64,000 nucleotides of DNA from Candidatus Aenigmatarchaeota archaeon (lineage in GTDB: Archaea > Aenigmatarchaeota > Aenigmatarchaeia > QMZP01 > QMZT01), in NCBI GenBank assembly GCA_026397315.1, contig JAPLVC010000002.1:1-64000 (forward strand), written 5' to 3'. Position 1 is the stretch's first letter; every line of letters begins with the position of its first letter. A program made the position numbers and the translations under genes. Under the pieces are notes generated by a model. The model ran no database searches, was not told the origin of the DNA, and worked only from the letters and a program-made list of their open reading frames with translations. Shown here one piece after another: positions 19,020 to 28,566 of this stretch.

Positions 19020-21182
19020 TTATTTATTGACATTGCCATACCTCTTCAGGAACAACGAATTCGAAATGACCGATACCGAGCTGAGCGCCATCGCAAATCC
19101 CGCGAATTCCGGTCTGAGCGTTATGCCGAATCCCGCTAGCGCGCCTGCGGCTATAGGGATTCCTGCGGAATTGTAGAACAGCGCCCAGAACATGTTCTGG
19201 CGTATCTTGGACATGGTCTTCCTGCTGAGCTCCATGGCCTTGTGGACGTCGCGCGGGTCGCTCTTCACCAGGACAATATCGCCAGTCTCGATAGCGATGT
19301 CCGTGCCTGAGCCGACGGCTATGCCCAGGTCCGACTGCGCGAGCGCGGGCGCATCGTTTATGCCGTCGCCAACCATCGCAACGACTCTCCCTCGTGCCTG
19401 CAGCTTCTTGACTTCGGCTGCCTTGCCACTTGGCAGGACCTCGGCGAGAACGTTCTCGATTCCCGCCTGCTTCGCAATCGCCGTGGCGGTCGTATTGTTA
19501 TCTCCGGTTATCATGAAAACTTCCGTGCCCGATGCTTCCAGCATCCTGACAGTTTCCTTCGCGTTCGCTTTAATCACGTCGGCGACCGCTATCAGGCCGG
19601 CGATTTTTTTGTTTACACACAGAATCATGACAGTCTTGCCCTGCTCTTCCAGTGCCTTTATGTCTTTTTCGATGCTTGCGATGTTCACGTCGGAACTTCG
19701 CATCAGCTTTCTTGTACCGAGCAGAATCGCCTTGCCAGCGTAGCTCGCGCGCACACCTTGGCCGGGCACGGCATGAAAGCTGGAAGCGTGCGGTATTTTC
19801 ATGTTTTTCGCTTTATCCAGTATCGCCCTCGCGAGCGGATGCTCCGAGCCTTTCTCGGCTATCGCGGCCAGCCTGAGAACCTCGCTCTGCTTGTGACCAT
19901 CGAAGGTGACGATGTCCGTGACTTTGGGCTTTCCTTCTGTAAGCGTGCCGGTCTTGTCGAACACGACCGTGTTCACAGTACCCGCCTTCTCGAGCGCGCC
20001 GCCGCTTTTTATGAGTATGCCCATCTCTGCCCCTTTGCCTGTCCCGACCATCACAGCCGTCGGGGTCGCCAGCCCGAGCGCGCAGGGGCATGCTATTACA
20101 AGCACGGCTATCGAGAACATGAGCGACGACGCGAAACCGGCGCCAATCACGAAATACCACGTCAGGAAAGTGGCCAGCGATATGAGAACGACCGCCGGAA
20201 CGAAATATGAAGAGACCCTGTCCGCGAAGCGCTGTATCGGCGCTTTAGAGCCCTGCGCTTCTTGCACGAGCTTCACGATCTGCGAGAGGACCGTGTCCTT
20301 GCCGATTTTAGTCGCCCTGAACCTGAGCATGCCGTTGCCGTTGATAGTTGCGCCTATCACCTGGTCGCCCTTGTTTTTCTCGACCGGGATGCTTTCGCCC
20401 GTTATCATCGATTCATCGACTGACGAACTACCTGATATGACGACGCCATCGACTGGGATTTTCTCTCCGGGACGGACAATAATCACGTCACCCACAACAA
20501 CCTGTTCAATGGGAATTGAAATCTCCTTACCATTTCTTACGACAGTCGCGTTTTTCGGAGCGAGACCCATGAGCTTCTTTATCGCCTCGCCTGCCTTGCC
20601 TTTCGCTCTTGCTTCAAGGAACTTGCCCAGGACGACGAATGTTATCAGCAAAGTCGATGTCTCGTAATAGAGGTCGCCCGGAAAAAAGAATGTGGAGCCG
20701 ACGCTGTAGAAATATGCAGCCGACGTTCCGATAGCTATGAGCATGTCCATGCCAGCCGAACGGTTGCGTATGTTGTTCCACGTACCTTTGTAGAACTGGT
20801 AACCGACTATGAACTGTACGGGCGTCGCGAGCGCGAACAAAATGAGTGGCCTGTAAGGCAGGTCCATCATGAGCATGCTTATGACAAACGCCGGGAGCGC
20901 GAGCGCGATGCTGAAAATAAGCAGCCGTTTCTGCCGCTCGGATTCGGCGATTCTTGCCTTTCCGCTCTCTTCGATGCTCTCGGAAGCCTTGAACCCTGCG
21001 CGCTCGACGGCCTCGATTATCTTTTCGCTGCTCACTTTTCCCGCATCGAAATCCACGTCAAGCGTCTCGGCCGCTAAGTTTATTCCGGCTTTTGAGACGC
21101 CGCGCATCTTGCCGACTTTCTTCTCTATCGACTGCGCGCAGTTCGCGCAGTGCATGCCCGTTATCTGGAATTTTTTCTTCAT
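19020..21182 (-). CDS. copA: Cu(I)-translocating P1B ATPase
   Basis: GMHCANC HMA domain, TGES, CPCALG, DKTGT, SEHP, GDGIND, YN, MALSS. Confidence 0.96.
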   Translation of the reverse strand: MKKKFQITGMHCANCAQSIEKKVGKMRGVSKAGINLAAETLDVDFDAGKVSSEKIIEAVERAGFKASESIEESGKARIAESERQKRLLIFSIALALPAFVISMLMMDLPYRPLILFALATPVQFIVGYQFYKGTWNNIRNRSAGMDMLIAIGTSAAYFYSVGSTFFFPGDLYYETSTLLITFVVLGKFLEARAKGKAGEAIKKLMGLAPKNATVVRNGKEISIPIEQVVVGDVIIVRPGEKIPVDGVVISGSSSVDESMITGESIPVEKNKGDQVIGATINGNGMLRFRATKIGKDTVLSQIVKLVQEAQGSKAPIQRFADRVSSYFVPAVVLISLATFLTWYFVIGAGFASSLMFSIAVLVIACPCALGLATPTAVMVGTGKGAEMGILIKSGGALEKAGTVNTVVFDKTGTLTEGKPKVTDIVTFDGHKQSEVLRLAAIAEKGSEHPLARAILDKAKNMKIPHASSFHAVPGQGVRASYAGKAILLGTRKLMRSSDVNIASIEKDIKALEEQGKTVMILCVNKKIAGLIAVADVIKANAKETVRMLEASGTEVFMITGDNNTTATAIAKQAGIENVLAEVLPSGKAAEVKKLQARGRVVAMVGDGINDAPALAQSDLGIAVGSGTDIAIETGDIVLVKSDPRDVHKAMELSRKTMSKIRQNMFWALFYNSAGIPIAAGALAGFGITLRPEFAGFAMALSSVSVISNSLFLKRYGNVNK

Positions 21183-21233
21183 ATAGTTACCATTGATTTT
21201 TGATTTGACGCATTAAACTGCTTTTCATCCGCT

Positions 21234-22790
21234 TCATCTACCGCAGCCGCAGGTGCCTCCGGTTTTCATGCCGCAGCTTCCGCCACATGAGCCGCCACCG
21301 TCACAGCTGCTGCCACCGGTTTTCGCCGGCCCGGCGGCACTGAGCTCGCTCTGGACCTGCTGCTGGTTGCTGAGGTCGATGTCAGTCTTTACGATGAAAG
21401 TTCCCTGTATCATGCCCATCCAGCAGCTCCATGGTATGACCGTATCCTCGTTCGGTGGAGTGAATTCTATGACCTGTTCGCCCTGCTTTATGTCGAACTG
21501 CAGGCCCAGTTTCGGGACCTGTATGGCTTTGTTGCAGCTCGTTATCTGCACGCCATTGATTATCCATTTCACGGGCACGCCCGCTTTGAGCACGAACCTG
21601 TCCGGAACCCATCCGGCGCTGGTCACGTTCATCCGTATTTCCTGGAACTGGCCGGAGCCGGCGATAACTGCCCCGTTGCCTGCGCTGTTTGAATTTGCTC
21701 CCTGCGCCTGGACGACCGGGACGAATGATGCCGCCACGCTGTTGAGGTCGTAACCGGTTCCCATGAGAGTCAGGCCGCGGTTAAGCATGACCAGACCCAA
21801 CACTATGACTATCAGGCCCGACGCCTTCAGGATGTTGCGCGTCATGTTTTTCGAAACGTAAGAAGCGAACATGCCGAAGCCGAACATGACCGGCAGCGTG
21901 CCGAGGCCGAACGCGAACAGAGCCAGCGCCCCGCTCGCGATGCTTCCAGTCCCAGCCGCATAAATGTAAAGCGCCTGCAACGGGCCGCATGCTATCAGCA
22001 GGCCGTTGAGCAGGCCGGTGATCAGAGGACGCCTTTGTCTGTCGCTGTTCGCGAATACGAACCTTGATACAGATTTGGGCATCGGCAAGCGCGCTTTCCT
22101 GAGCTGGGGGAATATGTTCAGCATGTTTATGCCGAAGAGTATCAGGAACAAACCTGCGAATATCGATGCCGCTCCCTTGAGCAGCGGGGTGAAGACGAAA
22201 ATCGTTCCTATGAGGCCGAATACCGCTCCTATGACTGTGTAACTGATGAGCTTGCCCGTCCCGTATTGTATATGTGAATATACGTTGAGGCTTTTCATGC
22301 CATCGGCCGCGTTCTTGGCCGTATACGACATAACGAATCCTCCGCACATGCCGACGCAGTGGAACCCGGTCAGCAGCCCGATGCCGAACAGCAAAGCCAG
22401 CGACGCGGGTCCGCCTATGGTTGGCAGGTCGAAGACCGCGAATCCCTGGACCAGCTGGTAGCCTCCGAAAAGGATAGCGACCAGCGCAATGGTGAGGATT
22501 GCCGGCTTGAGGTACGCTCTCTTGCTGGCTCTTGCGCTGGCGCTTCCGCTGGGTTTGTGCTGGACATCATTATTGCAAGTCGAAGTGTCACATTCGTATT
22601 GTTTCTCCTCTATCTTTCCTTTTATTTCGCCGAGATTTGTTTTGCTCTCGTCAAAGGTTACGACGACGTTCTGCTTGGCGTAATCGGCCTTGCATGCCTT
22701 TACACCGTCGATTTTCAGCAACTGCTTCTCTATAGTCTCTTCGCAGCTCGTGCAGTGCATTCCCTTGACTTTTATATTTTTAGTTTTCAT
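21234..22790 (-). CDS. HMA + DsbD_2/TauE-like membrane domain + cupredoxin fusion with Cys/Gly-rich tail
   Basis: GMHCTSC; HCVGMCGG; ACGPLQ; cupredoxin SC...SCWMGM; GGAGTGA SD before ATG 22790. Confidence 0.85.
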   Translation of the reverse strand: MKTKNIKVKGMHCTSCEETIEKQLLKIDGVKACKADYAKQNVVVTFDESKTNLGEIKGKIEEKQYECDTSTCNNDVQHKPSGSASARASKRAYLKPAILTIALVAILFGGYQLVQGFAVFDLPTIGGPASLALLFGIGLLTGFHCVGMCGGFVMSYTAKNAADGMKSLNVYSHIQYGTGKLISYTVIGAVFGLIGTIFVFTPLLKGAASIFAGLFLILFGINMLNIFPQLRKARLPMPKSVSRFVFANSDRQRRPLITGLLNGLLIACGPLQALYIYAAGTGSIASGALALFAFGLGTLPVMFGFGMFASYVSKNMTRNILKASGLIVIVLGLVMLNRGLTLMGTGYDLNSVAASFVPVVQAQGANSNSAGNGAVIAGSGQFQEIRMNVTSAGWVPDRFVLKAGVPVKWIINGVQITSCNKAIQVPKLGLQFDIKQGEQVIEFTPPNEDTVIPWSCWMGMIQGTFIVKTDIDLSNQQQVQSELSAAGPAKTGGSSCDGGGSCGGSCGMKTGGTCGCGR

Positions 22791-22854
22791 ACTATCACTC
22801 CTTTGAACTCCTTGAACTTTGAAATCATCAGCTTCCGCAAGCCGTTCAGCCATC

Positions 22855-23040
22855 TCAGCTGCCATCGACTTTCTTCACCTTTATTTTCATGCTGCATCTG
22901 GCGCAGCGCAGGTCGCATGAGTCGCATGCCGTGCAGTCGGGTATGTGCTCGGTGCAGAACGCGACTTCCATGTCGTTCTTCTTGCCTATCAGGGCGTAAT
23001 CGACGAGAGCCTTCCCGCAGACCATGCATTTCATGCGCAT
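22855..23040 (-). CDS. Small Cys-rich metal-binding (metallothionein/TRASH-like) protein
   Basis: MRMKCMVCGK...FCTEHIPDCTACDSCDLRCARC; first gene of the copper cluster. Confidence 0.6.
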   Translation of the reverse strand: MRMKCMVCGKALVDYALIGKKNDMEVAFCTEHIPDCTACDSCDLRCARCSMKIKVKKVDGS

Positions 23041-23242
23041 TTCTTGTCTGGAACGCCATATAACCCCTTGTGCGAAACTGGTTTCAGACAAGGCTTTTTG
23101 AAAAAGCCTTGAGCCAAAAAGGAGCCAACGTCGCTCGCTTCGCTCGTTCCTGACTTCCATGTATTTTATGGGTAGTTGCAGACTGGTTTCACGAAAAAGA
23201 ACACAAAATAAAACTTATAATTCAATTTATTATCTTTTTTGT

Positions 23243-24178
23243 ATGGTAAATGATAGAGAAGCGATTCCTCGTAAAACAGAAGCAGAGATATTGTTCAATA
23301 ATGACCATACTTGTTGTATTTGCAGAGAAAAAGGTAAAGACGTTCAAATACATCATATTGATGAAAATAAAAATAATAACGATATTAAAAATTTAGCTGT
23401 TTTATGTTTAAATTGTCATAGCGTTGTAACAGGAAAAAGAGGACTAGGTAGAAAATATTCATATCTTGAAGTCAAAAAATACAAAGTAGATTGGGAATAT
23501 ACAATAAAGAAGAATAGAGGAAGAACGTATCAGCATGCTAAAACAACTACGAAATTAGAAAAAAAGCTCTTTAAGTTTGAGATTGCAAAAAAGATTTATG
23601 AACTTGGAGCTTTAAGAGACCAAGATGCTGTAAAAATAGACGAAATTCTTGAGTTTTTGAACCTATTATATCTTTTTGAAGAACATTATACGGATACCAT
23701 TTTTGATAATCTTGCAAATATTACAATTGTGAGTGGACTTGGAGATAATTTAAAAGCAGTAAAAATAGCTGAAAGTATACCAAAGTATTTTTATCATTTG
23801 GCGGGACCAGATAAAGTTAAGATAAATAAAAAAGATACCAAGAGACTTAAAAATGCTATTGATTTACTTGGGAATGTAGGCGAATTTGCTGCCGAGTTTA
23901 ATAAAAAATATAGACCAGTAGAAGAAACGATTGATAGTTTGTCCTCACTATTTGATTTGTGCATATGGTATAATCAGAAGAGTATTGCCATGAAAATAAT
24001 TAAAGAAATGAGTAAAATTAAAAAAAATTGTTTGATAACATTTGAAAAAAACGAGAAAAAATTATATATTGGGGTTAGAAAAGTAAATAAAACTCTAGAA
24101 AAGTTCCAGAAAGATATTGAGAAGGAAAAAAGAAAATGGCCTAAAGTAATTTTTGAAATAAATAAAAGTAAAAGATAA
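23243..24178 (+). CDS. HNH endonuclease domain protein (AT-rich, likely acquired)
   Basis: CCIC...QIHHID....NN...NLAVLCLNCH; helical C-terminal region; strongly AT-rich relative to flanks. Confidence 0.85.
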   Translation: MVNDREAIPRKTEAEILFNNDHTCCICREKGKDVQIHHIDENKNNNDIKNLAVLCLNCHSVVTGKRGLGRKYSYLEVKKYKVDWEYTIKKNRGRTYQHAKTTTKLEKKLFKFEIAKKIYELGALRDQDAVKIDEILEFLNLLYLFEEHYTDTIFDNLANITIVSGLGDNLKAVKIAESIPKYFYHLAGPDKVKINKKDTKRLKNAIDLLGNVGEFAAEFNKKYRPVEETIDSLSSLFDLCIWYNQKSIAMKIIKEMSKIKKNCLITFEKNEKKLYIGVRKVNKTLEKFQKDIEKEKRKWPKVIFEINKSKR

Positions 24179-24269
24179 AGATAATTACTTTAGCACAATC
24201 ACTTTTGCTATCAATTTTGATAAATAAAATGAGACAAGATTTATAGTTTAGTTTGCCCAATCTCTATAT

Positions 24270-25154
24270 ATGATATCAAGGGAAATCCTGCAGAAGAAGT
24301 TCAGGGTTTTCATTTTCCTTTCGTCACTCGTGCTGCTGCTCGAAGTCGCTGGCGGAGTCTTCACGAACAGCCTCGCGCTGCTGAGCGACGCGGGCCACGT
24401 GCTCATCGATTTGCTCGCGCTGCTGCTGGCGTATTTCGCGCTGCAGCTTTCCAGGAAAGCGTCGACCGGCAAATTCACGTTCGGCTACTACAGGGCCGAG
24501 ATACTGAGCGCCGTGGTGAACGGCCTGGTGCTCATTTTCATAACCATGTTCATCTTCTACCAGGCCTATCTGCGCTTCCTTTCTCCCGAACCAGTCAAGG
24601 GACCGGAGATGCTGATCATATCGGTCGCTGGCCTTATGGCGAACCTTTACGTTGTCATAAAGATGCAGGATTACGAAAGAGGCAATCTTAACATGCGCGG
24701 CGCATACCTGCACGTACTGACCGACACGCTTTCTTCTGTCGGAGTCGTCGTCGCAGGCGTCCTCATCTTCATCACGGGCAACTACATATTCGACCCGCTG
24801 ATAAGCGTGATTATAGGGATATTCATACTTTTCAGCAGCCTGCGGCTCATAAGGGAATCGGCTAACATACTAATGGAAGCCGTGCCGGCTGGCGTGGACC
24901 TGAACAAGCTGACAAAGGACATGGCTAAAATAAAGGGCGTTAAAGAGGTGCACGACCTGCACGTCTGGTGCATCTCGTCCGACGTGTACGCCCTCAACTC
25001 GCACGTGCTCATAGACGCGAACGACGTGAAATCGCTGAACAACATCGTTTCCAGAATAAACGAAATGCTGAAAACAAAATACAAAATAACGCACACCACA
25101 ATACAGTCGGAATGCGGCTGTTGCGTCGATGACAAGAACAAGCATTCCCATTAA
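24270..25154 (+). CDS. czcD: Cation diffusion facilitator (Zn/Co/Cd efflux)
   Basis: SLALLSDAGH..D, TFGYYRAE, N.RGAYLHV..D, VHDLHVW, HTTIQ. Confidence 0.92.
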   Translation: MISREILQKKFRVFIFLSSLVLLLEVAGGVFTNSLALLSDAGHVLIDLLALLLAYFALQLSRKASTGKFTFGYYRAEILSAVVNGLVLIFITMFIFYQAYLRFLSPEPVKGPEMLIISVAGLMANLYVVIKMQDYERGNLNMRGAYLHVLTDTLSSVGVVVAGVLIFITGNYIFDPLISVIIGIFILFSSLRLIRESANILMEAVPAGVDLNKLTKDMAKIKGVKEVHDLHVWCISSDVYALNSHVLIDANDVKSLNNIVSRINEMLKTKYKITHTTIQSECGCCVDDKNKHSH

Positions 25155-25170
25155 TCGTTTTCTGCAGGCG

Positions 25171-25680
25171 TCACTTCAGCACAATCGCGTTCGCCATGCC
25201 CCTGCGTTTGCGTTCGACCAGGCCGGACGCCTCCATCCTGTCAAGGATGCGCGAAACCTTCGCTTTGGGAAAGCCTGATTTATCGACGAGGTCGCTCTGG
25301 AATATCACGCCGTCGGAAGCCATGATTTTTTCGTAAACCAGCTTCTCGTCGCCCGTGAGGGTTTGAAGCGCTTCTTCCCACTTGCCTTTGTTCTGGCTGA
25401 CTTTTTCCTCTTTTGTCGGCTTCTCTTCCGGCCTGCAGCCGCCGAAAATCGTCATCAGAAGGCCTATAATCAGGATGCCTGCAGACAGGCCGTAGCCGAG
25501 ATAAGCCTGGTTAAGTATCGCTATGTGCGGGCAGGTCTCGAAATTCATGCACGAGCCGCTGTGCTCGCTGTCTATCAGCTGAAGCGTTTCATTTGAGAAG
25601 TTGTACATTATTATGAAATTTACGACACCTATAATGATGAGAATTATACCTATGTATCTCGTATAAGAAGCGAATGGCAT
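25171..25680 (-). CDS. Membrane protein with C-terminal winged HTH
   Basis: 2 TM helices flanking C....CPH; GVIFQSDLV...KAKVSRILDRME..GLVERKRRGM.N. Confidence 0.8.
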   Translation of the reverse strand: MPFASYTRYIGIILIIIGVVNFIIMYNFSNETLQLIDSEHSGSCMNFETCPHIAILNQAYLGYGLSAGILIIGLLMTIFGGCRPEEKPTKEEKVSQNKGKWEEALQTLTGDEKLVYEKIMASDGVIFQSDLVDKSGFPKAKVSRILDRMEASGLVERKRRGMANAIVLK

Positions 25681-25703
25681 GTTTTGATTATTGGTTTACG
25701 TTT

Positions 25704-26666
25704 TTAAATAAATAGGTGCTTGGCCAATTTCGGATTTGAAAGCAGCACTATCCGCGAATCCCTCTTTTCATCGACTATCTCGAATCCCGAGGCAGCGGCC
25801 AGATTCTCCGCGAACGAACGGATTTCGCCATGACGTGGCATATTTTCTATCTTCAGACGGCTCCTCGAGAAGCCGACGAACATGTAAGCCTTCACTTCGA
25901 CAAAATGCGGCTTTGCCTTACGTATAATAGTGACATAATCATTGAGGAACCTATCGTCCATGTTCATGCCCTTTATCATGGTCAATCGCAGCACACGCCG
26001 CGTTTTCATCTTGCTCATGACGTCCAGCGAACGAAGGAAGCGAGACCATCCGTCCTTGCGGGCCGGCCTGTTTATTTTCATGAAAAGTTCTTTGCTGGGC
26101 GCGTTCACCGATATGTATAGCTGTGTCGGAGGCGATCGCGCAAGTTTGACCAGCGCCGAAGGCTCCTGCCCGTTAGTGACTATGAAAATAGATTTGGTCT
26201 GTTTCAGTGACTTGAGAAACCTGACAAGCTGCGGCAGCTTTGGATAAAGTGTAGGCTCGCCTGACAGCGAGATGGCGAAATGCGACGGAGCCAGCGCTTC
26301 AGCGTGCTTGCGCTTGTCAGTCTTGCCGTCGCCCGGGTAACCTGAAAGCAGCTGCCTGCGCTCGGCCAGCAGCCTCTCGTATATCTCTTTCGGTTCGTTC
26401 GCTTCGCTTGCTTTCATCTGCCTGAAGCGCATGAACTCCATGGGCCTCCAGCAGAACACGCAGTTGTTTTCGCAGAGCGCGGCGGCTGGCGAGAACTCCA
26501 TGCAACGATGACTATCGACTCCGTAGAACTGCTGCTTATAACATACACCTTCGCTGTGCAGGCTCTTCTTTGTCCATGTACATATCTGGACAGCGGAATG
26601 GTTGAACACGCCATACTTAGCTTTTCTGAGATGCGCTTCCGTTGAGGCGTCCATTTTCATGGTCAT
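25704..26666 (-). CDS. taw1: 4-demethylwyosine synthase Taw1/TYW1 (radical SAM)
   Basis: HSAVQIC.WT, CYKQQFYG..SHRC, CENNCVFCWR, HFAISLSGEP.LYP, EVKAYM.VG.SR. Confidence 0.93.
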   Translation of the reverse strand: MTMKMDASTEAHLRKAKYGVFNHSAVQICTWTKKSLHSEGVCYKQQFYGVDSHRCMEFSPAAALCENNCVFCWRPMEFMRFRQMKASEANEPKEIYERLLAERRQLLSGYPGDGKTDKRKHAEALAPSHFAISLSGEPTLYPKLPQLVRFLKSLKQTKSIFIVTNGQEPSALVKLARSPPTQLYISVNAPSKELFMKINRPARKDGWSRFLRSLDVMSKMKTRRVLRLTMIKGMNMDDRFLNDYVTIIRKAKPHFVEVKAYMFVGFSRSRLKIENMPRHGEIRSFAENLAAASGFEIVDEKRDSRIVLLSNPKLAKHLFI

Positions 26667-26780
26667 GAAAAGCAATTTGACACTGGCATTTAAAACCATT
26701 CCAGACGGCACTTCCTTGCAATAAAACCCCTGAAATAATGCATCAAAACCTTTATAAATAACCACTTTATAGTAGTTAAT

Positions 26781-27077
26781 ATGAATAAAATAATTGCAAG
26801 CATTGGGGACGGATACGGTTACATTGACGGTATTACTAATAGTATAGACCTTGTAACATTGAGTCGTGGCAAAAACGTTGGAAATTATCTGGTGCGATTT
26901 ATTGATGACCCCTCTTTAGAGACATACAAACTATTACAGAAACTCAGTCCTACAATTAACGAAGTGCCGATCGCTCTCGTTGAAAATATGAGCAAATCTC
27001 TCAGTAAGGCTCTCGGAAGAAAAATAAAACAAACTTTATTAAATGCAGATTATATTGAACAGAACATCGACATTTAA
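26781..27077 (+). CDS. Hypothetical protein (AT-rich)
   Basis: 98 aa ORF fills the intergenic gap; TTTATAAATA about 25 nt upstream. Confidence 0.5.
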   Translation: MNKIIASIGDGYGYIDGITNSIDLVTLSRGKNVGNYLVRFIDDPSLETYKLLQKLSPTINEVPIALVENMSKSLSKALGRKIKQTLLNADYIEQNIDI

Positions 27078-27127
27078 AACTTAAATCCGAGATAAAAAGA
27101 TTTATTTAAGTCCTCCAAAATATAAAC

Positions 27128-28561
27128 ATGGCTTTCGACCTCACGCTGACCGTTACTTATTTCGCTTTCCTTCTCGGCTTCGGCGTCTTAATAGCGAATC
27201 TCATGAAAAAAAAGAAGATACCTGACGCTTTCTTCCTTCTCCTGCTTGGCCTCGTGCTTGGACCGACTGTTTTCATGAATCCCGCCGTAACGCAATATGT
27301 TCACCTCACGCTGGTCGACGTAAGTGCGATGGGCGCGATACCTGACTTCCTGAGAACGCTAGCCATCATCCTTACGGTTTTCGTCGCGATGTTCAACTTG
27401 CGATGGGACGTTTTCAAAAAATTCTCAAGCGTGTCCATAAACCTGGCGATAGTCGGCGTCGTGTTCAACACGGCTTTCGCCGGCCTTGTCGCGCATCTCA
27501 TGTTTGGCTTGAATCCGATTTATGCCCTGCTGCTCGGAGCCGTCATAAGCGGAACGGGGACCGGAGTCATACTTACCTTCAAGGATTCGCTCGCGAAATA
27601 CAAGAACTCGCTTACTGTGATAAACGTCGAATCAATATTCAACTCGCCGTTCGCTGCGATATTCCTGCTGCTTTTCCTTGGCATGGTAACCATGGAACCG
27701 GGGGCGCTTTTCGAGCCAATCAAATATGGCGGACAGCTGTGGCTCATGATAGTCGCGGGCCTTGGCACCGGCGTTCTTGTCGGCCTGGCGGTCTCGAAGC
27801 TTATGAAAACAATGCTCAGCCAGTATTCATCGCTCATATTGTTTTCGATAGCGCTGATAACTTACGCGCTCGCGGAGAATGTCGGCGGCTCCGGCATCCT
27901 GGCGGTCGCGGTATGCGGCCTGGTGGCAGGAAATTTCGGCTTTCCTGAAAAGGAAAGGAGTCAGGTTAACACGTTTGATGACCAGTTTTCCGAGATGCTC
28001 AGGATCTCGATATTCACGCTTCTCGGGGCGCAGGTCATGCTGATTTTCGACCCGAGCCAGCTGATCCTGAGTTTCGCATTCTTCCTGATACTATTCTTAA
28101 TAAGGCCAATTTTCGTCATCCCCCTGCTCGGTAAGGAAAGAAGCAAATACAGCAAGAAGGACATCATGGTAATGAGTTTCATAGCGCCTAAAGGCGATTC
28201 CGAGGCGGCTTTAGCGCCGCTTGTCGCTGCAACGCTCATCGGCGCAGGCGCGCTGGAAGCAGGCAACCAGATAATGAACATAATATTCCTGGTCATACTG
28301 TTCTCCATACTTTTCTCGACCATAGTTGCTGTTTTAATGGGCACCAAGAGAGTTCAGGAGATTTCATTTAATTTTCCGAAAAGGGAAGCGAAAGAAAGCG
28401 GAGACGCCGAAGAGAAAAAGAAAAAGCCGCACACTGATAAGGAGAAGTTTCACGACGCCAAGCTGGACGACTTCGAAGAGGAGAAAGAGCCGCCCAAAAA
28501 ACTGGAAGAAGAATACGCGGAAATAAAGGCGCCTAAAGAGAAAAGAGCCAAAAAGAAATAA
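27128..28561 (+). CDS. Cation:proton antiporter (CPA1/NhaP-like)
   Basis: About 12 TM helices; ES.FN, GGSGILAV, LIRP, APKG; charged C-terminal tail. Confidence 0.85.
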   Translation: MAFDLTLTVTYFAFLLGFGVLIANLMKKKKIPDAFFLLLLGLVLGPTVFMNPAVTQYVHLTLVDVSAMGAIPDFLRTLAIILTVFVAMFNLRWDVFKKFSSVSINLAIVGVVFNTAFAGLVAHLMFGLNPIYALLLGAVISGTGTGVILTFKDSLAKYKNSLTVINVESIFNSPFAAIFLLLFLGMVTMEPGALFEPIKYGGQLWLMIVAGLGTGVLVGLAVSKLMKTMLSQYSSLILFSIALITYALAENVGGSGILAVAVCGLVAGNFGFPEKERSQVNTFDDQFSEMLRISIFTLLGAQVMLIFDPSQLILSFAFFLILFLIRPIFVIPLLGKERSKYSKKDIMVMSFIAPKGDSEAALAPLVAATLIGAGALEAGNQIMNIIFLVILFSILFSTIVAVLMGTKRVQEISFNFPKREAKESGDAEEKKKKPHTDKEKFHDAKLDDFEEEKEPPKKLEEEYAEIKAPKEKRAKKK

Positions 28562-28566
28562 TTATT

